A stretch of 64,000 nucleotides of DNA, taken from Octopus bimaculoides (Eukaryota). Shown here one piece after another: positions 1 to 13,262 of this stretch. The notes beneath the pieces are model-generated. The model did no database searches, was not told the DNA's origin, and saw only the letters and a list, made by a program, of their open reading frames with translations. The stretch is from NCBI RefSeq assembly GCF_001194135.2, contig NC_069004.1, forward strand, positions 19,268,105-19,332,104, in the 5' to 3' direction. Made by a program: the position numbers and the translations under genes. Numbering within the stretch: the first letter of the stretch is position 1; every line of letters begins with the position of its first letter.

Positions 1-362
1 AAGGAGACAATTTTGTTAGTTTCAGCCATAAATCACCACGTTTTGTAATTTCAAGTCTGCTATCCACACAAGGGCATTAGACTAGCACTGCACTGCTGTA
101 CTGTAGCAATGTCTTCATACAATATGCTTGGTTGGAGGGATTGGTCTGGCTAGGCTGAGTATAGGTGTCGTATGCTTGTTGTGAAAAAAAGATTTTCGCA
201 ATTCCATGTCCTAGTAAAAAAGAAAAAACTTTGGATCCATTGCCCCACCGCAATTTTCCCCAGGCCTCACCGATGGAGATTATGTCCCACGTTAGGAATC
301 ATTGGGATCAATAGACAAACACGTGTGTGAGAATGCATGTGTGGAGACTATAAGGGCTTTAA

Positions 363-631
363 CCCTTTTGATACCAACTTGCTTGAGACCACTCTTGGTC
401 ATCTGACACAAACTTTTTGTTTTGAAGTGATCTCTATTTAAACCTGCCATCAAAATTTCATGTTATGTTCTAAACACCAACTAAATAATGAGTTATTTTA
501 CTAAAGCCATAAGTTCTATATTTAAGAGATGAAGAATTATGTACAAATGTAAATAATGTAAAGCCATAAGTATTTTCAAACTTAACTGGAACAAAGAGTA
601 TTTAAACAGAAAAATTATGGTAAGAAAGGGG
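363..631. mobile_element. piggyBac-like MITE
   Basis: TTAA at 359-362 and 632-635 flanking CCCTTT...AAAGGGG termini; no ORF. Confidence 0.7.
514..558. mobile_element. 45-bp Penelope-like insertion with 12-bp TSD, nested in the MITE
   Basis: taaagccataag duplicated at 502-513 and 559-570; the insert matches the termini of the element at 46337-46575. Confidence 0.7.
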
Positions 632-794
632 TTAATGAGACATCATCGTTATGAATGGGACACTGGGATGTCAAATTTCATGAGCTGATTTGAAGGCTTC
701 ACCACAATCACAACTAATGCTGTGATGATTTTGGGTTTCTTTTACTTGGAAGAAGAAATATTTTTTTAATATAATTAATTTTTTTAAAAGAATA

Positions 795-960
795 TACCAT
801 ACTTTACCATGTATAAGGAATCCCCTACTTTGGGGTGCTTGAAATATGGAAAAAGGTTTTGTAAGGGATTATAAATACTATCCATGTATAAGAAACTCCC
901 AAATTTTTTAACCTAATTTTTGACAAAAAAGGGTTCCTTTATACATGTTAAAATACAGTA
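795..960. mobile_element. Short MITE with imperfect TIRs (Tc1/pogo-like)
   Basis: taccatactttaccatgtataagga versus the reverse complement of cctttatacatgttaaaatacagta. Confidence 0.5.
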
Positions 961-1757
961 ATTAAATTTTTTTTTTTTTTTTACATTTGAATACAAATGT
1001 AAAAACTAAATAAAATGAGACAACAACAAAAAAGACATTTAAGAAAAAATTTGATTTTGTTTTAAATAATATATTTGTCAGCATTAGAAAATAAAATTAC
1101 AGGCCGAACNNNNNNNNNNNNNNNNNNNNNNNNNNNNNNNNNNNNNNNNNNNNNNNNNNNNNNNNNNNNNNNNNNNNNNNNNNNNNNNNNNNNNNNNNNN
1201 NNNNNNNNNNNNNNNNNNNNNNNNNNNNNNNNNNNNNNNNNNNNNNNNNNNNNNNNNNNNNNNNNNNNNNNNNNNNNNNNNNNNNNNNNNNNNNNNNNNN
1301 NNNNNNNNNNNNNNNNNNNNNNNNNNNNNNNNNNNNNNNNNNNNNNNNNNNNNNNNNNNNNNNNNNNNNNNNNNNNNNNNNNNNNNNNNNNNNNNNNNNN
1401 NNNNNNNNNNNNNNNNNNNNNNNNNNNNNNNNNNNNNNNNNNNNNNNNNNNNNNNNNNNNNNNNNNNNNNNNNNNNNNNNNNNNNNNNNNNNNNNNNNNN
1501 NNNNNNNNNNNNNNNNNNNNNNNNNNNNNNNNNNNNNNNNNNNNNNNNNNNNNNNNNNNNNNNNNNNNNNNNNNNNNNNNNNNNNNNNNNNNNNNNNNNN
1601 NNNNNNNNNNNNNNNNNNNNNNNNNNNNNNNNNNNNNNNNNNNNCCACTTTACAAGATAAATTTCCCCAGACATCATCATGCCATGCCAACCTCCTTGCA
1701 CAGCAAAATACTCTAATGAAGAGAATGTTCATTTCTTTTTAGCTTTTTCCCTAATGT

Positions 1758-1811
<54 letters not shown>

Positions 1812-3286
1812 AATTTCAACATATTTTATTTATTATTTTAATTATTATCATTATCAAAAAAATTTTCAAGAAATCAGTGCCATTATATTAATCAACATTA
1901 TCATTTCAATTATTAGTATTATTTTGATATTCAAATCCCATCAAGGTTAACTTTGCTTTTATCCTTTTGGGGTCAATAAATTAAGTACCAGTTGCATACT
2001 GGAGTCGATCTAATCAACTATCACCTCCCCCAACATTCAGGCCTTCTGCCTATAGTAGGAAGGATTATTATTATTATTATTACTGAAAAGAAAAATAATA
2101 CTACTAATTCTTTCTACTAAAGGCACAAGGCTTGAAATTTTCGGGTAAGGGACTGGTTGATTACATTGACCCCCAGCGTTTCACTGGTACTTAATTTATT
2201 GAGTTCAGTGGAATTTGAACTCAGAACATGAAGACAGACTAAATGCTGCTAATCATTTTGCTCAGTGTGCTAACGATTCTGCCAGCTCACTGCCTTGAAA
2301 TAGTAATAATAATAATAATGATTAATATAATAATAATTAAAATGATAATTTTTTTTCATCTTTTTTTCTTTTTCTAAATCCTCTCCTTCAAACACTCATA
2401 TGCCAAAATTGACAGGAGTGACCATTATTATTATTATTATTATTATCATTCATTTTATTATGATGCTGATTTTGATGTGGCATTTTAATTTTTTTTTTGC
2501 ATACACCCTTTGAAGTCAATGAGGATCTATAACAATCCAGTGTCATTTACAAAAATATATATAAAAACAAAGTTTTTATATATGCATTTACATACACACA
2601 GACAACGGTTATCATTATCATCATCATTATAATAATAAACATACAGTTATAATAACTGTTTCTAATTTAGGCACAAGGCCAGCAATTTTGAGGTGACAGC
2701 GGGGAGGTTACAGTTGCTATCATCAATGCCAGTAACCGACTGATTCTTTATTTTATTGACCCTGGAGAGATGAAAGGCAAAGTTGACCTCGGCAGGAGTG
2801 CTTCTTCTGAATGTTAACTCAAAGCGGATAATTTCAGTGAAGAGACCTCACTCATTCATTCGGACATCCAACAGATGGCAAAACACTGGACCTGTATTGA
2901 GGGAGCCAACTGCACAAAAGAACTTGCACGGCAGAAACACTGGTGCCGTGAAGATCTCAATTCTGTCTGTCTGTCTGTGATGACCATTTACTACAGAGTG
3001 TGTGAGCAAGAGGGTGAGTGTTGGTGTATCATCATCATCAGGACAGACATGCAACGATAGCAGCAGAAGTCAGGTGCATTTCCACAGGAACAGTAATGAT
3101 GCATCTCAGGTTTGTGGAAGATGTCTATGCATATGTGCATATTTGTGTGTGTGTGTGTGTGTGTGCATATAAATATCTGTAAGTATGCCTCACATTCATA
3201 TATTAAGTATGTGTGTGTGAGTATGTGTATGCATATTCATATGAAATATGTGTATGTTGTGCACAATGTATATCTATGGATATATA

Positions 3287-3294
<8 letters not shown>

Positions 3295-3375
<81 letters not shown>
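3295..3375. repeat. (AT)n microsatellite
   Basis: Pure TA run, downstream of the TBC1D22 stop codon. Confidence 0.95.
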
Positions 3376-3377
<2 letters not shown>

Positions 3378-4065
3378 ATATATATGTATGAATATTTATA
3401 TATGTATGTATAAATATATATATATATTTGTGTATGTATAAATACATATATATATATATAAATATATATATGGAGATATATATATGGATATATATAGGTA
3501 TAAATGTGCATTGTGTACATATGCATATACATCTGTGTGCACATCTGATTATGCATACATATGTGCAATCGTCTATATGAGAATGTCAGTGTGAATACAA
3601 GTACCTGTGTGAACCCACACCCACACAGCATCAACCTATAATAGTATCACAGAAGGTAACGATGAAACCAGTTTAGTTCTTTACACAGGTAAAAACAATC
3701 TTTCTGTGGTACCAAAAAAAAAAAGCCTTCTCACTGGGAAAAGTCTTTTGATTAGGGGCAAGCCCTGTAGATAAACACAACTGCAAATGTGAGTCGTGCA
3801 TGAACAGGGGAGAGAGAGAGAGGGGGAAGAGAGAGAAGCAAAGAGAGAGAGATAAGGAGGTTGCGATAAAGACATCTGGTCAAAATTTTCGACAAGTGCT
3901 TGACCAAAATGAAGCAAAATTAAAGTCGAAAGCTTGATTTTATTATTGTTCATGGTGTTGTTGTAGTAGTAGTAGTAGTATTATTTTGTTCATTTGTTCT
4001 GCTTTTCTTTTAAATATATTTTTTTCAACAGTCAGCTTAGCAGTTTTTCAACAGTAGTGAGGACA

Positions 4066-4200
4066 TCATGACTTCTGAACTAAATGGTTGGGAGCATCGG
4101 CAAACATATACTTCAGCTTAAACGCCTCGGCCAATAACTCGCCAATTTCTTCATTCTGCCAGTGGTGAGTGGGAAGGTTTTGGAGAAACATCAGTATACC
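4066..4200 (-). CDS. TBC1D22: TBC1D22 last coding exon (GILMFLQNLPTHHWQNEEIGELLAEAFKLKYMFADAPNHLVQKS*)
   Basis: Acceptor ctctttttag, phase 0, 44 codons then TGA; matches the C-terminus of the family. Confidence 0.96.
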   Translation of the reverse strand, partial: GILMFLQNLPTHHWQNEEIGELLAEAFKLKYMFADAPNHLVQKS

Positions 4201-4506
4201 CTAAAAAGAGAAATAAAATAATAATAAAAATAATCAATTATCAAGAGACATTTGAACACTACAAACAGGTGTTTATATATATAAATCACACACACATACG
4301 TATACAAGCATAATATCTAAGTTGTTGAGCTGCTAGAAATGGCAACCAAATCCCCATCAAATCACACCCCACTGTCTTAAAATTGGAAAGGGCATTAAGA
4401 TAACGTAGTTCTAGACACTCCTGAATAAACAGGTGGTCATGACTGGAATACCTCTGATTGTAGACCTCTTCAATCAGGGTTGGCCTGGAAGCTAAATAAG
4501 AAAAAC

Positions 4507-4905
4507 GGGCTGTGTGGTAAGTAGCTTGCTTACCAACCACATGGTTCTGGGTTCAGTCCCACTGCGTGGCATCTTGGGCAAGTGTCTTCTACTATAGCCT
4601 CAGGCCGACCAAAGCCTTGTGAGTGGATTTTGTAGACGGAAACTGAAAGAAGCCCGTCGTATATATGTATATATATATATATGTGTGTGTGTGTGTATGT
4701 TTGTGTGTCTGTGTTTGTCCCCCCAATATCGCTTGACAACCGATGCTGGTGTGTTTACGTCCCCGTAACTTAGCAGTTCGGCAAAAGAGACCGATAGAAT
4801 AAGTACTAGGCTTACAAAGAATAAGTCCTGGGGTCGATTTGCTCGACTAAGGCAGTGCTCCAGCATGGCCACAGTCAAATGACTGAAACAAGTAAAAGAG
4901 TAAAG
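4507..4905 (+). mobile_element. tRNA-derived SINE with internal (AT/GT)n, representative full copy
   Basis: Head gctgtgtggtaagtagcttgc...gggttcagtcccactgcgtggc and tail gactgaaacaagtaaaagag. Related copies near 31520-31830 (-), 44400-44900, 52240-52620 and 55200-55650. Confidence 0.8.
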
Positions 4906-5465
4906 AGACAGAGACGGACAGGCCCATATGTGCAGGAAAACAGATGTAAAAAAAGCACAGTGAACACACTTGAAACAGTAGTTGTATGCTGTCAATTTAA
5001 TATGACAGTCCCCTGAAGGGAATAATACTACTGTTGGTTAGACCTAGGAAGCTGCACTGCTTCCTGTCAGCCTTGACACAGTCTTAAATTAAAATCTGTC
5101 TCTGAATCATACTACATGCCCTGCTGAGTTGTTGAAAACAAAACTTGGTGCATGCAACTGAAAGAGCTTTAAGTTAAAATTGCCATCTGTGTATCATACT
5201 AAATGTATACACAGTTAAAAGACAACCTTTTGTTGATGTAATTAATGCACCTGCCACATTGAATGTATTAGTACTTACTTTACTATCAAAAACAGTAAAG
5301 TGAGCACTAACACATTCAATGTGGCAAAATAGTGTGTATTAAAATGCATACAAATCTGGTAAAAATGAATAATGTAAAATATGACACACACACACACACA
5401 CACACACATACATACAACAGATGATAGTTAGCACCTAGAGAAGGAAGTAAATTATATAGACAAAC

Positions 5466-5561
5466 CTGAAAATCTTTTTCACGTTGAATATCAATGGAAA
5501 ACCGTGTAAGAAAGGCAGCACAGAGATAAAGGTGGAAATCTGCAAAACCATTTATTTCTGC
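5466..5561 (-). CDS. TBC1D22: TBC1D22 exon 11 (AEINGFADFHLYLCAAFLTRFSIDIQREKDFQ)
   Basis: aattcctag acceptor, cag|gtttgt donor, 96 nt, phase 0-0; FHLYxCAAFL motif. Confidence 0.95.
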
Positions 5562-6312
5562 CTAGGAATTTAGACACAAAAAGAAAAAATGAGATGAATT
5601 CAAACAAACAGAATATGTGTCTTGGTCAAAAAAAAAAAGAAAATTTACAAGATTTCACTAATAATCACTAGTCTCTTATCCTCTTCAGTCGTACAATGAT
5701 TTCATAATTGCCTTGACTATGATGACAACAGTTTCTTCATGTCTGAAGATCACAAGCAAGAGCAGCATGTCCTCAATTGACTAAATCAATCCTTGATGCT
5801 GCAGGGTTTTCCTTCCTTCCTTTGCCCAGTAGTTGTAAAGTGAGAATCAATCCACACAACCCAATCCCACTTTTTAGACTTGGAGGTCCAACCTCAGTGG
5901 CTCAGACGACTAAGATGGCTGTGGTGACCAGCAAGCTGTGGGTTTTAAATCGGTAGTAGCTTTCCCCTAGGTGAATTGCCTCAAGGGGCCGGGGAGCTCC
6001 ACCTACCCTGGAATTGCCAGAATGGTGTCAAAGTGGGTATTGAGCAACCTGAAAGACTTTACTCCTTGATTTGCTGTCCAGGTTGACTCCCCTCAACATT
6101 TTCTTTCCCATGGCACTGACAAGACTGAAGGTTTATGCTTGTAGTTTCTTCAATAACATGCTAATTAACCCATAGCAATCCAATCCCACTTTTCACACTT
6201 GGAGGTCTGACCTCAGAGGCTCAGAGGGCTACGATGGCTGTGGTGCCTCAACAACATCTGTCTGTAATACGAGGTGAAATGGTCAGAGATTTCATGGAGT
6301 CTCCTAGCTTAC

Positions 6313-6440
6313 CTGATAAGTGTCCCACAAACGAATGGTACAGCGCAAAGGAATTTCTCTCATCAGCAAGTTGTTCATCCATCGGAAGGCAAATTGGAGA
6401 AATTCTACATTGTGTTTTTCTAAATGTTTATATAATGGAA
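6313..6440 (-). CDS. TBC1D22: TBC1D22 exon 10 (VPLYKHLEKHNVEFLQFAFRWMNNLLMREIPLRCTIRLWDTYQ)
   Basis: ctgcctttcag acceptor, cag|gtaagc donor, 128 nt, phase 1-0. Confidence 0.97.
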
Positions 6441-6598
6441 CTGAAAGGCAGAGTAGTACATACATTTACTGTAAACAACAATTATGACGATTTCTTTATT
6501 AACCACTAAGGGTTTACAAACATATCGAGGACAGTACAAAACAATACAATATGATATGATATGATATGGGGTTACATGACGGCATGCTGGTAAAATGA

Positions 6599-6752
6599 AT
6601 CCCTGTAGTTATAGGTGCATTAGGGAACTATCCCTAAAGATTTGAACAAATGGATAGAGGAAATAAACAAAAAACCTAGTTTACGGTAGATTCAGAAAAC
6701 AGTATTATTAGGGACAGCTAGGATGGATACTTAGGAAGGTTCTTGGCATCTA
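6599..6752 (+). mobile_element. 3' remnant of an RLE-type (R2/R4-like) non-LTR retrotransposon
   Basis: Frameshifted IPVVIGALG/TIPKDLNKWIEEI...IQKTVLLGTAR/ILRKVLGI*, the typical C-terminus of restriction-like endonuclease elements. Confidence 0.65.
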
Positions 6753-6894
6753 AGGTTACTTGTTGTAGCCCAATGTTATAATTTTTTTTTTATTTCCAAC
6801 AGTCTAATCTTTGAAAGGTTTAGTCCACTTTGAACTTCTAAACTCAAACCTAAAGATAACAAAGGAGATCTACTGCAAGTCAGCACTAGAAGAA

Positions 6895-7313
6895 AAATGA
6901 CCATCTTTGGTTTCAAGACAAAAGGTGTTCTTCCATCAGGATAATGCTTGTCCACATACGGTGAGGATGACATTGCAAAGGCTGGAGCAGTTTGAATGGG
7001 AAACGATGCCCCACCCACCATATTCACCAGACATTACCCCATCTGATTATCATTTATTCCACAGTCTTCAAAATCATTTGGACGGAAAAAATATGAATTC
7101 TGTAGACAAGGTCAGAACAGTACTGGAGGAGTATTTTTCATTGTGGACAAGTGAATTTTGGAAGAGGGGCCTTGCAAGTCTACTAGACAGATGGAAGAGC
7201 ATTGTAGAAAATGAAAGACAGTATATTTTAGATTAAAAAAGAACTTGGTTTATCTTAATTTTGAAATATAAAAGAAGTATAATAAAAACCGCATTATTTA
7301 TGGGATGACCCCA
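6895..7313 (+). mobile_element. Mariner transposase C-terminal fragment with right end
   Basis: ORF 6907..7236 contains FHQDNACPH and PHPPYSPDITPSDYHLF (D34D-type); tatgggatgacc TIR-like end. Confidence 0.88.
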
Positions 7314-8042
7314 ATATATATATATATATATATATACACTGGAGTAAGCACATAAAATGTGCAACAAGGTGGAAAAAAGAGTACTCAAATACCAAAGGTA
7401 GAGTAATATGCTTTATTTAAAAGCAACAGTTATATTTCTGCTGCTTTTAAATAAAGTATATATATATATATATATATATACAATATTTTATGTTCAAATC
7501 CCACCTATAAAATCAAATACTAGGGACAATACAATCAATAATTTCAAACTTTCTTTTCTACATAGGAAACAGTTATTATTTATTATTATTATTATTATTA
7601 TTATGATTAACATCCATTGTCCATGCTGGCATGGGTTGGACTATATATATATACACACACACACACACACATATATAATATATACGATGAGAATAGAGGG
7701 ATAAATCATCCAGGCAGGTACCATACGAGCAATCAGGTATAGTCTGGGTTCAGGCCAACTGCACCAGGTAGTAATGAGCACCTAAGATTACCTGGGGCAA
7801 GCAATACCACTGTATTTCATCCAATGAGTGAATCCAGGCTGTTCCGTTGATCGGATCAACTGGAACCCTCGACGTCGTAAGCGACGGAGTGCCAACAACA
7901 ACAACAACATGTATTGCTATGATTTATAAAAAAGATATTTTAATGCATGGCTGCAGTCCATTGACTGAAAAGAATAGGTGTGGTCAGTTTATTTATAATC
8001 TAAATTCAATCCTGGTCTGCAATACTTCACTAATGTACTTAC

Positions 8043-8225
8043 CATCTATCCGTTTCACTAATTCTTTCAAAGCATTCACTTTCATCTGAATACCAGGTTG
8101 AGCAAATGTGTAGTTGTCTTGGATACCATCCAGTAATCTCGTTGTACACCAGAAACTGTCGGCTTCGATGATGTTTAATGTGTCAGCTGAGAGCTTGCTT
8201 AAGTCACAGTTCTCCACTTCTATAT
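8043..8225 (-). CDS. TBC1D22: TBC1D22 exon 9 (DIEVENCDLSKLSADTLNIIEADSFWCTTRLLDGIQDNYTFAQPGIQMKVNALKELVKRID)
   Basis: cttcctcag acceptor, g|gtaagt donor, 183 nt, phase 1-1; lies inside ORF 7993..8256. Confidence 0.97.
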
Positions 8226-10029
8226 CTGAGGAAGAAAACAGAAATAATACTACCAATTTGCAGGGTCAAAGACCAGGTTGCAGTTGTGTGCCAAAATTTT
8301 AACACCCCATGAAATAAATTTGAAGTGAATTAAAACAACTTTGTGATTTATTACTAATTCATTCATCTACCATGTAGTTGCTTCAGTGTAAAAACACAAA
8401 CTCAGACAAATCATTGGCTAAACAAGTACAATTACACACACAATGAGTTCTTTCAGTTTCCATCAACCAAATCCATTCACAAAGCTTTGCTCAGCTTGGG
8501 GTTATAGTAGAACACCTGCCCAAGGTGCCACACAGTGGGACTGATTGTGATGATAGGTATGCTTAATCAGCTGTGCAATATAGTAGTAATATAGGTCAGT
8601 TAAACAATTTGTCTATCTATATCAAATATCAATCTACCATCACACAGTTATAATCAAATTGGTGAAATGCAATGTAAAAGGTGTCTTTTGTCACATAGCA
8701 CCATCTGGTTCATGGGTACATTATTCAACTATTATTGCTCTGTAGATTGTAACATCAGTGACTAGGTTGTAAATGTACATAACAAGTGACTTTGATACTT
8801 AATAACACATCATTGTAAAATAAAATAATAATTTCCAGTACTAACACAACCACAAACAATTTGTGTGTGTGTGTGTGTGTGTATAGGGGGGGTTATAATT
8901 AACTAGGTGACAAAAGATTCTTTTACATTGCATCTAACCAATTTGATTATAACTGTATGATGGTAGATTGATATTTAATATAGATAAATGTCAGTAAAAA
9001 TATTTATTAACCATGCATGTACCTTCATAAACTGTTCAAAGTAAATTTTTTTTTTTTGAAGTCCATGTTGCNNNNNNNNNNCAATTGTCTTCCACGCACA
9101 CACACAGTTCCTTTTTTTTTTTTGAAGTCTATGTAGCATTGTGTTCACAGATTTGCACTTAAATTTGCATGTTTTTAATCAAAACCTGTTAGTTACTAAG
9201 CCAGCAACACCACCTATTCATCTTTCACATTCTCTCTCTCTCTTTATCAACAACTTTTTCTCCTCCCCTTCTCCCCTCTCTCTGTACAGATGTTGTTATG
9301 GGCAAAATGATGAAAATCAGCTTCCCTTTTATAATATAAGATTGAATCAGCCTCTCTGCTTGATTAGTATTTTATTTTTATCAACACTTACTGTCAACAT
9401 TGTACTCAGAAGTTAGACCAGTGGTTCCCAAACCATGCACTGCAAGATGTGACTAGGTGCGCCTCGAAAAAGTACGATTATATTTCAAAAATATGAAAAA
9501 TACAAACCATTGTTCACTAGAAAGTTCATATATAAATGTCTAAGAGGCAAAAAACTAAATACTAAGTTCTAACCTAAGAATGAGAGGCAGTTGTGTCATT
9601 CAATTCATTTAGGCTAATTATGGTATGACAGTGTTATTCAATTTTGAATCTGAAATTTCATAAAGATAAGAAATAAATTGGCATCAATCTATCCTTGAAA
9701 TTATCATCTTATGAACATATTCAGTGCACGACTATGTTTTAGTTTATTTCGGTTGCAGCCTCAGCAGTTTTCTACGATGTTGAGTTAAATCTTTTAATAC
9801 GTCCTCACATATTGCGACTGAATTTCAATGTTTTTCATTCATATAATGGCAAGAATGTTCGTCTTTTCAATGAATTTTGAAAGGCTTCTCAAATGAGTCC
9901 AATAATATGTAACATGCTGCCACTTTTCACAACTCCCTGGTCACTTGTCTCAGTTTGACTGTTAGTAATCTGTGTTCTTTGTGCAAGAGGATTCATTATT
10001 AACAGACTAAATTACCCATAAAATGGATA

Positions 10030-10625
10030 AGTTTGTAAAGAGAAGACGAGATACAGTTTGGGTTTGTGCCAGGGAAAAGCACCACTGATGCTATATTTCT
10101 GGTAAGACAGCTGCAGGAGAAATACCTAGCCAAAGATAAACCTCTGTACCTGGCTTTCGTTGACATGGAGAAAGTCTTTGACAGGATCTCCTGTCAACTA
10201 GGGATAGATGAGTGGTTAGTGAGAGCTGTACAAGCCATGTACAGAGATGCTGTCAGTAAGGTGAGGATTGGCAACGAGCATAGTGAAAAATTCTGGGTAG
10301 GGGTCCACCAACGATCAGTCCTCAGCCCCCTTTTATTCATCATAGTCCTCCAGGCCATAACAGAGGAATTCAAACAGGATGTCCCTGGGAGCTTCTCTAT
10401 GCTGATGACCTTGCTCTAATAACTGAGTCACTATCAGAACTAGAGAGGTTTCAGGTGTGGAAGCAAGGTCTAGAGTCTAAGGGCCTTAGAGGCAATCTAA
10501 CAAAAACCAAAGTCTTAATAAGTAGGAAGGCAGACAAATCACAAATCCCTTCAGGTAGATGGCCCTGCTCAATCTGTAGAAAAGGCGTTGGTATAAACTC
10601 CATAAAATGTACCTGGTTTAAGCTA
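10030..10625 (+). mobile_element. RTE-like LINE reverse transcriptase remnant
   Basis: GFVPGKSTTDAIFLVRQLQEKYLAKDKPLYLAFVDMEK, out-of-frame LYADDL, LESKGLRGNLTKTKVL. Confidence 0.9.
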
Positions 10626-10888
10626 ATTAAGCTATATAATCAAAGCCTTACGAGTGAATTTGGGAGATAAAAACTGTGAGAAGCCTGTTGTGTGTGTATG
10701 AGAGAGAGAGAGGTCATGGCTTCATCTTTCCATGTTCACTTTAGCCTACAAAGACATAAAACCACTTCAGAATCATCCAGACCAACTATAAAAGCATTTA
10801 CCAACCCCTGCTTTGGGGTATAAAGAAAATGCTGCAAGTAAGAAACACCAGCCCGTTCTACAAAACAACTCTATAACAAATACATTAA

Positions 10889-11105
10889 CCCTTTAGCATC
10901 CAGATTTTTCTGTCAAATACAATGCTTATTTATTTACGTTGTTTTGAATTAATCATGCATTACCTTTTTGTATTGAGATTTCAATGATGTGCTTGTTTAT
11001 ATTTAGTATGACATTGTAGGGTAGGTGTGAGAGGCTGAGTATGACCAGTCTATACATAAAACAGGTATATTTGGACCAGATATGGCTGGTTTATATGCTA
11101 AAGGG
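10889..11105. mobile_element. piggyBac-like MITE
   Basis: TTAA-ccctttagcat ... atgctaaaggg-TTAA, an 11-bp perfect TIR; related copies near 20070-20250 and 45650-45860. Confidence 0.8.
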
Positions 11106-11172
11106 TTAAAAAAAAAAAAGTGACTGATACTCGACCGACATCAGTGAAACCAGAAAAGTGGGCAATACATAC

Positions 11173-11293
11173 CATTGCTAATGTACTCAGAAAGATAGAC
11201 AACAAAAAACGGCGTTACAAGATCATTAATTCCTTGTACATAGCCACTGGCTGGATGGCGGATGGCCCATATAAACAGGATTCTTTCAAATAT
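11173..11293 (-). CDS. TBC1D22: TBC1D22 exon 8 with glutamine finger YxQ (IFERILFIWAIRHPASGYVQGINDLVTPFFVVYLSEYISN)
   Basis: cattcttttag acceptor, g|gtatgt donor, 121 nt, phase 0-1. Confidence 0.97.
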
Positions 11294-12628
11294 CTAAAAG
11301 AATGAAGAAAAAAAAAAAAGAAATTTTAGCATGTTTAAAAAAAATAACCAAAATAATAATTTTCCATATAGATACAAAGGCATCAATTTTGAAGGGAAGT
11401 GGGTAAGTCACTACTGGGGATCCCAGTACAGGACTGGTATTTCATTTTATCAATCTTAGAAGCAAAGGTGACCATGGCAGAATTTGAATTTAAAATGTAA
11501 AGTCCTAGAATGTATTTTTTTCTGATACTCTTCTGATTCTGCCAATTCATTGCCCTAATAATAACGAGGTCATTTGCCACGAGGGCAAATGATGAAAGGG
11601 ACAATACACAAACAGGCATAAAGTTTACATAAAATCATCTGAATTAAAATAAAACATAAGAATACATGGTAAATGACATTAAAAAAGATGAAGAAACTGC
11701 AATCCTCCAAATACAGGAGGACATCTAGGATCAATCGAGAAATCACATCATTAAACATTTTCCCCAAACACTAAGAACGATTGCCCTCTCCACTTGTTGT
11801 GCTCCAATTTACAGGCATGGTCTGATCCACTACCCTCATCCGCCTCTCAATAAATATTAGCAGTCTGCACCTCCCTCCCCACCTTCACCTTCCTTTTCAA
11901 GTGAAACTTTAAAAAAACCCAACCATAGATAGAGAATTTTTTTTTTTTCAACCAATCAAAAATATTCTGTGGGGGTTGCATAACTTGCTAGAAAATGTAA
12001 CCAAATCTGCAAATCACACCATCTTCAAAAAGTGAAGGATACACTAGATTATTTAACCTTAAAATATACAAGAGAGTCACTAAAGAAATTCCTTTGATCT
12101 TAGTTCTTCTTAATTAGCACTGGTCCTGGAGCTAAACGCTAACTAATTGGTGGAGCAGAATGAATCTTTCTACAAACTCCAAGTATCTTAGCATCTTAGT
12201 TCTGGCTCTCCATGTTTTTAGAGCTTACAAGTTAAACTAAAAGAAGAGACAAGTCTTCACACAGGACAGGATTACAATCTACCATTAAATAATACTGGCC
12301 ATAACTTCACCCCTCACACTTGGCAACATAATAAGGATAATACTCAGTTTTGTATGTATGTGTCAATTAGATCATTATTACCCTCATTTTAACATTCATT
12401 TTTGCATGCTGGCACAGGTCAGACAAATTTCACTGCAACAGAGTTTCTGCCACTGAATGCTCTTCCTGTCAGCTCTCACCCGTTTCCAAGCAAGTTAATA
12501 CTTCCTCTCCCACCAAGTCCTTTCAATACAAACAGCTCAATGGCCAGGCTAGGTTCAAGGAAAATTGCAAACAAATGACACCATCTTTGTATGAACAGTA
12601 ACTGTTCATACAATCAGTGCATTATGCC

Positions 12629-12690
<62 letters not shown>

Positions 12691-12699
12691 NNNNNNNNN

Positions 12700-12810
12700 N
12701 TGGGGATATTTCAGTTTCTATCTTAGATGAACAATAACCACTGTTAGCTGCAGGAGTTTCAAACAGGCCAGTTACTGAGTCACTGCAGTTCTTAAAGTGA
12801 ATGCGACAAG

Positions 12811-12844
<34 letters not shown>

Positions 12845-13224
12845 ATGCGTGCTTGCGCAGCACACAGTTTTAACAGTGGACAGGTCAGTTTCAAAGCAGC
12901 AAAAATATTTTGACACGAATTTAAATGTTGGAGTGAATTTAACGTTTTTTTTTTTTTTGTGTGTGTGTATGTGTTCTTAAGTGGCTTATAAACATCTTCC
13001 ATGCTGCAACTGTATATATATTNNNNNNNNNNTACTTGCATAGCGGGTGTCCTGGTCTGAGGTCGTATGCTGGAGCGAAAACAATTGCTGCATGGAAGGT
13101 GTTTATAAACCATTCAAGAAACACACAAGAACCGTTAGATTCACTTCAGCATTTAAATTTAAATTTACCAAAATATTTTCATCACTTTGAGACCGCAACC
13201 TGTTCACTGACAAAATTCTGTGCT

Positions 13225-13262
<38 letters not shown>

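Noticed and set aside
1075-1732. Long ORFs of 205-367 aa here and at 20385-20695, 26053-27156, 44500-44739 and 47074-47355
   Set aside because: They consist almost entirely of N-gap (X) residues.
3112-3634. YI/CV/HT-repeat ORFs here and at 12961-13578, 55225-55720, 57096-57425 and 59007-59416
   Set aside because: Translations of (AT)n, (GT)n and (CA)n microsatellites.
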